From positions 54,746,001 through 54,810,000 of the forward strand of contig NC_043000.1 in assembly GCF_006345805.1 (NCBI RefSeq): a stretch of 64,000 bases of DNA. The letters are read 5' to 3'. The stretch is from Octopus sinensis. Taxonomy: Eukaryota. Below the pieces are notes generated by a model, which saw only the letters and a list, made by a program, of their open reading frames with translations, did not search any database and had not been told where the DNA came from. Of this stretch, positions 53,901-64,000 are shown piece after piece. The translations under genes were made by a program, and so were the position numbers. Numbering within the stretch: position 1 is the stretch's first letter; every line of letters begins with the position of its first letter.

Positions 53901-55917
53901 TCCCTGTAGTAAATAAGGAACACACATAAAGTTAGTGATACGTCAACCCATAATATATACATACGTAAGTACATTTGCTAGTGGGCTGTTATGTAGGTAG
54001 CTATACACATAAGGCTAGGTAAATGGATATGAAGTAAACAAATATATACATAGGCAAGTAGATAATAGATAGGAACATAGGTAATATGGACAGATAAGTA
54101 CATGCACAAACGCACACACAACAGATGGAAACGCATGACCGTACAGACACACACACTCCACACACGTGCATACAACCACACAAACACACACAAAAGCACA
54201 TGAATATGTAGAATATATATATATATATATATATGTACATATGCATACATACATCTATGCATTCCCACACATACATGTATTCAAACATATATACTTACAT
54301 GCATGCATTCATAAATGCATACATACTACATACATGTGAGCATACACTAACACACATGTACACTGATGCATACGCATGCGCACCGACAAAAAAGAACGCA
54401 GCACCAATACCGGACAGTCAACATCCGTTGGCAAGGTTGCAAAAGCAACGAAAGTTTTGGAAGAAAATATATAAATAATAAATGCATGGAAATCGAACTG
54501 GTGAGTGTGTATAAAGTATTAACACAATATGTCTTTCCCTTGACACAACATAGTGTACATTTTTGATCCATGTTTGTTTTATTGTGCTTGATGAGTGTAA
54601 TGTTGGTTGTGTAATTTCAATGTGTCTTAATATTGTATAATGAATGTTGTGTTCGGTTACCAGAGTAGGTGCTTATTGTACAGTAGATGTGTAGCGTGTG
54701 AAGGTTGTTCTATTAAGCTATTCTATTAAATTGTTAGTTATTCCATTGAATCTTCAGCTATTCTATTAAATGTTCAGTTACTCTATTGAATCGATAGTGC
54801 TTGCTGCAATGTGCAGTGTATTACTGGTATAGCTAGTTATTGAGCAGTATGTAATGTTGTAAGGCCTGGTTTGTGAACCCTCCTAGTCTTTGATTCATAG
54901 ATAGAAATTTCACAAGCGTATTAGAATTAACAAAACGATTTATAAGGAATCAGTTCAGAAATTATTTCGTAACATAAATGTCAAAAATTTTGATTTTGCT
55001 GAAATATCCAGAATAAATAGATCATTATATAAAATAAATAATTTTCTCGCAATATGTTTTTAAATATATTATTTAAAGAGTATGGTATGGAAATATGGCA
55101 GCCCACCATATACGTCGGTTTAGAATAGCCTACGATTTTGTGCACGTGACACAAAATGCGTTGAAAAACGAACCAGAATTTAAAATCATAATGTAGTCTT
55201 CATAAAAATATTAAGGCAGAATGTAATTTTTAAACTACTCATTTTGTATTGCTGCTGTAATAATGCAACTTCCTTTGAAATGTTCAAAGGATTGCAAACT
55301 AGTAATATTCAGGGAAGATGTAAAATTGATTTTATTTTTAAGTTATATTTTCCAGCGCCAAAAGCTTAATTTAAACGTTACTTTTTTTCTTTCATTACAT
55401 GTTTCATTATGTTACGTTGCACTTTGTAATAAAAGACTTTCAATGTATGTATGTATGTGTATATATATTGTTTGTTTTTGATTTCATGTTTTTAATATGC
55501 GAAACATTTCTTTGAAGAACAATTTTCAAATCTATTGATATAAGTTTAAAAAATGTAACTTTGAACGGAGACGCAATTGTTAAGCAATTCTCCAGAATTT
55601 TTTTACACATTTTCAAAAAGCTTCCTTTCAATTATGATATTTCATTAAAGCTGATTTTGTCTAGCGACTAATAAAGGAACATTGCAATATTTTATAATCG
55701 GATTACTTTCTTGCTTTTCATTTTTGCGCAATGACTAATATTACAGTTTCTGAAACAACTCCGAAGTAAGTGAAAGAAATATAAATGTGAAGGTTTGTTG
55801 TTCATAACTTGTGATTTTGCATTTACAACTGAAATATGGTAAAATATAACGTGTCTTAAATGGCACAACAATGCAGAGTTGACTATAATAACTGTTATAA
55901 CTTAATTATCCATACTC

Positions 55918-55967
55918 TAACATAATAATGATATTTCGGAATACAAAAATTCCTTCTTCAGATATCG
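55918..55967 (-). ncRNA. Type I hammerhead-like motif in the left Penelope terminal repeat
   Basis: GATAT CTGAAGA A GGAAT-ttttgt-ATTCC GAA ATA-tcat-TAT T^ATGTT. Confidence 0.7.
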
Positions 55968-57278
55968 CTAGAAATTGATCGAGTCACTGCTATAATCGAT
56001 TTGCCAACGCTTACAGATCTTTTTCCGGAAGCGTTTCTTCCGGAATTCATCATGAAAAGAGCGTGAGGGCGTCCATGTCTCAAGCTCCTGTGTGTCGGCA
56101 CATCCGCAGCGCCGCTCATGCTCCTTCTTCACCAGGTACGTAAATGACATCTTCATACTCACATCTTCCCGTGAAGAGGCAGACAGAATATTCACGACGT
56201 TCAACAACATGGACATGAGCACACGGTTCACCATAGAACATCCCCTATAGCTACTCAACTTGCAACTGAAAATAACAGAAGAAGGAGAGATCCACACCGA
56301 GTTCTACAGGACAGCAGCCAGAAGAGATATTTTTTTTCATTACAGTTCAGCCCTTCCACTCAGTGGGATAAGCCAGAAATGAACTTGGACGCAAATGCAG
56401 CAGGACAGAGGACAAGGTGACCCATACTACACGCTTCCTAGAGGTATTGAAAACCAACGGGTACTCTATAGCCATTGTAAATCGGCTTAAGTAACTAAGC
56501 AAACACGTCGAACACATAGAAAACCCAGCAACACATGTTTCCTTAAAATACTCCATTTCCGCGAGAGGATACAACATACAACTAGCCCACTCCATTCTCT
56601 CTCTGAGAAGACATCTAGCAAAGAAACGAGCAAGGGACAGAAATCAATGCACACTAGCTAACTCCCCCTTCCGTGACACAGATTTATGCTAACGGGTAAA
56701 TGTTGTGTATAGAATACAATGTTACAAATGCCAGAAGCTCTATGTCGGTAGCACAACAAAACCGTTACACATTCGTATCAAAGAACATCTGAACACGAGA
56801 GCATCCTCCTGCAGAAAGCATCTAGACAGATGCCGGAACACGAACAAAAGCATAGCAGTCACAAGTGAGGCCAACGAAAGAAATTTGTGTAATCTAAGTA
56901 TTAAGGAAGCTATCCTCATAGACAGACAAGAACACCAAATTAACAACAGGATGGAGGTTCATTATTTACATTAATTACATTTGATGTTGGCAAACAATAT
57001 ATTATTTAGCTACATCTGGATGCATGTTGATCCACATTTGATAACACGCTCATGTATTATAAAAATTAAAAAAAGAAACAGGACGTATAATACATAACTT
57101 AGAAGCAGAGCTGCGAATATGCCAATACACATGAGATTGAGACAAGTCCGCCTTCATACACTTCTCATGAGGAATTCCGGAGGTGCTTCGTGAGACCACT
57201 GAAGTGACGCCTCTGGAAAAAAAAACGTTCTGTAACCTTTGGAAAACCGATTATAGCAGTGGCTCGATCAATTCGTAG

Positions 57279-57325
57279 CGATATCTGAAGGGAATGTTGT
57301 ATTCCGAAATGTTATCATTATATCG
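57279..57325 (+). ncRNA. Type I hammerhead-like motif in the right Penelope terminal repeat (A9 missing)
   Basis: CGATAT CTGAAG GGAAT-gttgt-ATTCC GAA ATG-ttat-CAT T^ATATCG, with a 6-bp stem I. Confidence 0.65.
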
Positions 57326-57999
57326 GACAATGGATAATTAAATTATAACCGCTATTATAGACCACTCTGCATTGTTGTGCCATTCAAGACACATTATATT
57401 TTACAAACAATACACAACGCTTCAAGCGAGCTACAATACTCTCTTAAATATGGTATTATGTTTGCAAATTCGTTAAAGAGTTCACTTTATTTCAAATAAA
57501 CTACTCTTTTCTGACGCCTGTCCGTGAGGTCCAGGATCAAACAACTTAGTGGAACTTTTTGCTTATCTTTTCTCCCTCACGTTTCCTAAACATGTGTCCC
57601 CCTACGAATCCAATGCGCTCCAAGATTTGAAACTGCTACCATAACATTCTTGTTATATACCAATGACCTTTTGTTCTCACCCATATTAGCGCTCACTGCT
57701 ATACCGCTCAAATCTACTGTAATTATTTGCAACTGAACTTTACGACACAACTAAATAGTAGTTGAATGTACCTGATTACTCGGGCATGTGCGCTGCATGC
57801 TTCATCGAAGAATAGGTGCAGGTCATTAGAAAGGCGGTAGAATGATAAAAATTTAACTAAATTAAATGTTATAAACCGAACAAAATACATGCGGTAAACT
57901 TCAAAAATTGCATCAGTCTGAATGTAAAGCGCCTGCAGTTAGGGTTATTCTATATCAGTAGTGACTTAATTATTTCTAAGCATGCGGTCGACAGTTTTT

Positions 58000-58048
58000 A
58001 GTTGCTGCTGACGGCGCAAGAAGCCTCAGAAATATAGATTCAGCAATT
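58000..58048 (+). ncRNA. Degenerate type I hammerhead-like motif
   Basis: AGTTGCTG CTGAC GGC-gcaagaa-GCC TCA GAA AT-atag-AT T^CAGCAATT; 8-bp stem I but broken core. Confidence 0.45.
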
Positions 58049-58473
58049 CCCCCACCGGTCCCTACGCTTTTTCCTTTGCCATTGATACACTTCGATGTTT
58101 TTTAACACTATACGTTTATAGGAGATGCTTTCTCGAGACGAGTACGGCAGTTTTGTGTATCCTCTTTAAGTAAGATATAGAGAAATAAATAAATATATAT
58201 ATATATATATATAAGTTTAACAATTAAGGATAATCTCTTAATAAGGGATCTTAACAAGAAATTATCGGTAGCTAGCGTGAAAACCTCAAAAAGAAAAGAA
58301 TTCGAAAATAATTTTTTTCTTTTGAACAAATTAATTATATCTATATTGTATAGAGGGCATTATTACACATAAATGCCTCACACTAGGAGGGACAAAGTCA
58401 TTACTACTACCAAAATTATACTAATCATACCCAAATGCAGTTTTTTCAAAGCAAGACATTTAAAAATGAATTT

Positions 58474-58531
58474 AGTTCTGTATCACCGTGATTTCACATT
58501 CAACTTACGTCTAATGATCGTCAGCAGAACT
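58474..58531 (-). ncRNA. Type I hammerhead ribozyme fold, complete
   Basis: AGUUCUG CUGACGA UCAUU-AGAC-GUAA-GUUG-AAUGU GAA AUCA-CGG-UGAU A^CAGAACU; all invariant core nucleotides present, 7-bp stem I. Confidence 0.88.
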
Positions 58532-59180
58532 GATTCTGAACCATCATAAATAAACTACCAACTTACGTACGAAGACGAACAGACAACTGCTCACTCCGCC
58601 AAGCACATGGAATGTTTATAAATCATATATCCGGTAAATGCGGGCTTTTTACGAACTGCATGTCGGGTAATGAAAAGTATTTCGGAATAAGTTTAACAAT
58701 TAAGGATAATCTTTAATAGGGATCTTAACAAGAATTATCGGGTAGCTAGCGTGAAAACCTCATAAAAGGAAAAGAATTCGAAAATAATTTTTTTCTTTTG
58801 AACAATTAATTATATCTATATTGTATAGAGGGCATTATTACACATAATGCCTCACACTAGGAGGGACAAATACAATATAGATTAATTAATATAGATATAA
58901 TTATTGTTCAAAAGAAAAAAATATTTTCGAATTCTTTTCTTTTATGAGGTTTCACGCTAGCTACCCGATATTTCTTGTTAAGATCCCTTATTAAGAGATT
59001 ATCCTTATTGTTAAACTTATTCCGAAATACTTTTCATTACCCGACATGCATTTCGTAAAAAGCCCGCCATTTACCGGATATATGATTTATAAACATTCCA
59101 TGTGCTTGGCCGGAGTGAGCAGTTGTCTGTTCGTCTTCGCTACGTAAGTTTGGTAGTTTATTCATGATGTGTTCAGAATC

Positions 59181-59237
59181 AGTTCTGCTGACGATCATTA
59201 GACGTAAGTTGAATGTGAAATCACGGTGATACAAACT
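59181..59237 (+). ncRNA. Second copy of the same hammerhead, with a 1-nt deletion in the 3' strand of stem I
   Basis: Identical core, stem II and stem III; CAAACT instead of CAGAACT after the site. Confidence 0.8.
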
Positions 59238-59357
59238 AAATTCATTTTTAAAATGTCTTGCTTTGAAAAAACTGCATTTGGGGTGATTATTATAATTTTG
59301 GTAGTAATGACTTTGTCCTCCTAGTGTGAGGCATTTATGTGTAATAATGCCCTCTAT

Positions 59358-59408
<51 letters not shown>

Positions 59409-59811
59409 TAATATATATATATATATAGAGGAAAATCTTTACTGCAGCGAAGCTAATCAACGCTTTATAGGAGTAAATAAGTATTGATAACAGAAAGAAA
59501 GTGAAGGACAAACTTTCGTAGATCAAATTCTTTAAACAAAATTCATATACGGTTTAGAACCAATCTTAAAATATAAGTCATATAAATACATAAATAGTCA
59601 TTAAAGTGATGGCTGTGTTCGTGAGCACCAACATAGCTAGAAATAGGAGTCAAAATAACTCTTAATCATGTAAGAGCACTTTTCTAACGACATGCCTTTT
59701 GGTTGTAAAATGTGAATAGCCACTTTGATAATTTATTATAATATATTATATATATGTGTGTGTTGTGTGTTTTGTGTGTGTGTGTATGTGTGTGTGTGTT
59801 TGTGTGTGTTG

Positions 59812-59855
<44 letters not shown>

Positions 59856-60819
59856 AAATACAAGAAAGTATGCTTTTAATTTTCACATTACCCGAATCAT
59901 ATTGCTACGAAAGTACCCAGTTAGAACCGTATTATTCGGCAGTTTCTAATTTGAGAACAATGCCGCCATAGATTTTGTTGGGAGAAAGTTAACCGATATC
60001 GTCTATTCCAGTACTTTCCTGTTATTCATTGACCTGTCGAAGGGATGAGAGGCGAAGTCGAACTGAAATATTTGAACATACAAAGCAAATATCTGTGCAA
60101 GGCATTCTGTCGATTGTGACAACTCCCAGTCGTGTTACATTATACAATTGGTTTAATAGAATCAAATGAGATAATTCTTGTTTTACTGAAAGAGTATTAT
60201 GATACTGATATCTAATGTTCGTAGAACCCACTCGCATAATATCTTTGCAAACTAAAGAATTGTAGCATATATGTTATTAGGGTTTATATATATAATATTC
60301 TGAACTCTTGGTTTCTTCATGATTTTATTTTTTGCCTTGTTTCTTAGCCCTCTTTCACTCTTACCAACTCGTGGCATTTTTCATGCTGCAGTAAAGGAAA
60401 GATTATAAACTGTCACAACCATAGAAACTCTGGTGTTACCTGTTCAATAATATAAATATATAATAAACTTACTTTGAATACGTTACGCGAAGTACTAAAA
60501 GAGATTTGATTAAAACTACTTCGAAAATATTATTCACTATATCAATACACAGTAAGATGTTTAATTAATACAGTTAATTCAATAAAAGGCATTATGCTTC
60601 ATATGAGAACTAATCAGTAAATTGTTTTGGGGCTTTGACGTGCTTTCAGATGAAACAGAACGAATGTTGTTTGGACACAGGCCTTAAAATTCACGCGTAT
60701 GTGTTTATATGCGTAGACGCGCATATATATTTGCATATATGTACGTGTCTCTTGGGTCAGTCATAGTGAGTGTGTGTGTGTGTGTGTGTGCGCGTGTTCC
60801 TGTATCTATGTGTGTGTGA

Positions 60820-60864
<45 letters not shown>

Positions 60865-61839
60865 TGTGTGTGTATCTGTTCTTCATCCACTTTTTTAACG
60901 GATGAAGTACGAATAAAATCTTTAAAATTTTACAGTGTTTAGCTTGTCTTACGTATGGTAGATATGCTCTATTCTATAAATGTAGACAAAGTATGCAATA
61001 ACTCAATGAGAATTTTTGGCAATGTAATGGGCAGAAAACGCTTATTGTTTCACGGATACTGACTGCTGTCCAAAAGCAGCATGCGTATTATATCTTATGA
61101 AAAATGTAAACGACTTGATAAATCAGAATGAGGGAAAACATAAAGAATTGTATTTTATAACAAAAATTCTCAGTATAATTTTATAGCCCTAATACATGAA
61201 ATACATAATTGTATTCAATCTTTTCAATGACTTGGGAACTCATTTTAGATAAAAACATTGAAATTATCGTATACATGCAATTGTGTTTTATTGCTAAAGA
61301 GACTTATAACTGCGGAATGTCTCACATTTATTCTTATTGTCAACACTATGTAAAAATTATATTCAGTTCAAATCGTAACGCAGTGTTTTCATTGTCATAA
61401 GAATGTCTTTTTATCTTCCTATGTTAAAATTCCAACACAACTGAAGGTTATCTGATGTGAAGCAGAAAACATAAATATTCTCATACAGTTTTACGTTGTG
61501 CAGAATTATGGTAATTTCTTTTTACACATTGTTGGAATCATTGACATTCTCTTTGTTATTTTTTATTTATTTTTCAACAGAGCAATCTGGTTTTAAGAGC
61601 ATTTCATTATTTCATTCCCTTTGAAATAAGAAATTTCAAGATAGGACAGAAGAAATGCCATTCACAATAAAGACCATTTAAGTGTAGCATTTATTCTTCT
61701 TGCATAGCTTCAGATAATAAGATCCAAACTAAGGCTAGAGATTAATCATTAATATTTTACGTTTTACATGATTTTTCAGGCCTAACCGAAAACGGTTGTT
61801 TGCGGAAAATAAAAATTATAATTACCGTTTCTATTATAG

Positions 61840-61982
61840 GCATAAAGTCTACCCCAGCAGCCAGCTGTTACTTATATGGTCGACCACAGGAGGATGAAAG
61901 ACAGTTGACATCGACGCCCGTTGAACTCAGAACGTAAAAGCCGATGAAATGTTGCTTAGTACTAACGATTCTGCCAGCTTAC
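61840..61982 (-). mobile_element. SINE family 1, diverged copy
   Basis: GAACTCAGAACGTAAAAG...CTAACGATTCTGCCAGCT. Confidence 0.75.
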
Positions 61983-62133
61983 TGTTTTAAAAAATATTTT
62001 ATAGTAAAGAAGCGTAAACTTAATTCTACACAAAAAGTCATCTCAGGATCAAAGTATATATAAATGCAGTAAACCTAACTTTGTTCATTAAGACCGGATA
62101 GATTGACTCCATATTAAATTATGTGAGTGTGTG

Positions 62134-62169
<36 letters not shown>

Positions 62170-62174
62170 ATATA

Positions 62175-63408
62175 CAGGGATTGGACAAAATACTGCAAAT
62201 ACCTAGCATCATAGCATCAAAATCTTCAAATGTCTATAAAACCGTCAAAAGCGTGTTTATTGTCAGTTTTTTTTTATTATTAGTGTCGCTCAATATGTTT
62301 TGTTAAAATAGCTGTTTCTTTTCAGATATCATCAGAAAAAGATAACTAAAATTCATTAAAATGACAGATATACCGGACATTCAAAGAGGTCAAATTGTTG
62401 GCGCTCGTATGTCAGGTGCTAGCTTAACGAAAACAGCCGAAATATTTGGTATATCAAGAAGTACTGTCTCGAAAGTAATGACAGCCTTTGAGAAAGAGGG
62501 AAAACATCCTCGTCGAAACAAGACTCCGGAAGGGAACCAAAACTTTCAGAGAGGGACCGTCGGACTCTTATACGAATTGTTCAAAAGGATCACAAAAGTA
62601 CAGCTCCCAAAACTACTGCAGAGCTTAATAACCACCTCGAAAACCCAGTTTCTACAAAAGCTGTTCACCGGGAGCTGCACGAAGCCGGATTTCGCGGGAG
62701 GGCTGCAATCAGTAAACCACTATTTGAAAAACAAACGTTGCAAAGCGTTTAGAGTGGAGTAAAGACCTACATAATTGGTCCCTAGAGTAGTGGGAAAATG
62801 TTATTTTCTCGGACAAGTCATCCTTTGCCACATTTCCGACCGAGTATACGTGCGGAGACAGCCAAAAGAACCATTTGATCCAGACTGCCTTCTTCCAACT
62901 GTTAAACATGGAGGAGGGTTTGTAATAATCGGGATTGGAAATCAGCCGGCACAATGGTTTACCTTCATGGCCGAATTAGTAGTCAACACTAAACATTTTA
63001 TCTGATCAAATTCATCCTATGGTTGCGTTAGTGTTTCCGGAGAGAAACGCAATGTTTTAGGATGATAATGCACCAATTCACACAGCTAAAGTTGTTACTG
63101 AATGGCACGAGGAACAGTCTAATGAAGTTGAACATCTTATTTTGTTACTACAGTCCCCTCATCTCGATATTATTGAACATTTAGAAAAACAAGTAAGGAG
63201 TCGATATCTTCCGCCATCATCACTACAAGAAGTGGAAACTGTTTTAGCTGAAGAATGGACAAAAATACTTTTGGAAACAATTCAAGCTTTGTACCAGCCC
63301 ATGCCTCGTAGAATTCAAGCTGTAATTACTGTCAAACGCGGTCTTACCCATATTAAAATAAATTCGCTTGAAATTTTAAGGTCTTTCCATTATTTTGTCC
63401 AACCCACG
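62175..63408 (+). mobile_element. Tc1-like DNA transposon, about 1.23 kb, with decayed transposase
   Basis: Imperfect TIRs of about 30 bp (CAGGGATTGGACAAAATACTGCAAATACCT / AGGTCTTTCCATTATTTTGTCCAACCCACG) in TA context. Motifs RGQIVGAR..GAS, ISRSTVSKV, VIFSDKS, TVKHGGG, DDNAPIH, SPHLDIIEH and MPRRIQAVI; frameshifts and stops. Confidence 0.92.
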
Positions 63409-63409
63409 A

Positions 63410-63419
63410 ATATATATAT

Positions 63420-63472
<53 letters not shown>

Positions 63473-63558
63473 ATATATCTATATATATATATATATATCT
63501 ATATATATATATATAATATATATATATATTATATATATATATATTATATATATTATAT

Positions 63559-63602
<44 letters not shown>
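63410..63602. repeat. (TA)n microsatellite at the right end of the Tc1 element
   Basis: Direct reading. Confidence 0.95.
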
Positions 63603-63607
<5 letters not shown>

Positions 63608-64000
63608 CTAAAGAGAGAGGGGGAGGGCGAGATACATACCTACGCTCACAACATACATATAGGTTATGCAGCGTTTATCGAGTCACTCCTCCTTTCCAAT
63701 TCACTTTTAGCGATATGCTTTCATTCATTCAGCATCGTGATGAGAACGAGATGTTTTCAGATTCAATACTAAACAATTACATCGAATTAAGACAACTACT
63801 GGCAAATAATTCTAGATCTACGTAATTTATTAAACAACATTCTGTTTGTTTTGTAATCGAAAACTATTTATGGGTACCGTTCGAAAACATGTTACCGACC
63901 AACCGTTTCCTCTGGCAATGCCATCATCATAAATGCAGGAAACCAATAATTGATGAGTTGGAAACATTACCAATCACAATAGAAAATACGTAGTAGTTTA

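Larger units (their letters stand above)
55839..57404 (+). mobile_element. 5'-truncated Penelope-like element with inverted terminal repeats (55839-56112 and 57107-57404)
   Basis: FFTRYVNDIF (RT YxDD-like, 56137-56148), TRFTIE, IHTEFYR and FFHYSSA; GIY-YIG VYRIQC..CQKLYVGSTTKPLHIRIKEH..EAILI..IN. The flanks are reverse complements over about 270 bp. Confidence 0.9.
58211..59365. repeat. 476-bp hammerhead-containing unit: direct 1.4-mer (58211-58686, 58687-58870) plus inverted circularly permuted monomer (58871-59365); retrozyme-like
   Basis: ATAAGTTTAACAATTAAGG recurs at 58211 and 58687. The reverse complement of 58888-59361 runs once round the unit starting at TTGTATAGAGGGC. (TA)n on both sides. 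Confidence 0.9.

Noticed and set aside
54717-54792. Two imperfect 40-bp tandem copies (CRISPR-like at a glance)
   Set aside because: Only two adjacent copies with no spacer and no cas genes; an ordinary local duplication.
58211-59365. Foldback, MULE or MITE interpretation of the large palindrome
   Set aside because: The outer ends are not mutual inverted termini, there is no TSD, and the extra 135 bp on the left duplicate the inner arm end, which fits circular permutation rather than TIRs.

Overview
AT-rich, repeat-dominated eukaryotic window with no host gene I can support. The SINE families resemble those I recall from Octopus, so a cephalopod origin is likely (inference). Most ORF-track entries are microsatellite artefacts. 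Mobile elements: a full-length CR1-clade LINE inside a kb-scale (TA)n array, a second 5'-truncated CR1, three R4/Dong-like RLE LINE fragments tied to (TAA)n, three Penelope-like (GIY-YIG) remnants, an RTEX-like remnant, a non-autonomous Helitron, a Tc1 element, a mariner remnant and many SINEs. Two things stand out. (1) At 58211-59365 a non-coding 476-bp unit carries a complete type I hammerhead ribozyme fold. It occurs as a head-to-tail 1.4-mer followed by an inverted, circularly permuted monomer, flanked by (TA)n. This fits a retrozyme or circular-RNA-derived insertion, and it sits next to a Penelope element whose inverted terminal repeats carry a different hammerhead. (2) The full-length CR1 LINE has an ORF1 that, after correcting 1-bp frameshifts, reads as a Myb/SANT-like (trihelix) domain, a Q-rich linker and two CCCH zinc fingers, an architecture I do not know for CR1 ORF1. 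Many 1-bp indels suggest unpolished long-read sequence, so assembly artefact is a live alternative for some structures. All alignments and folds were done by eye.
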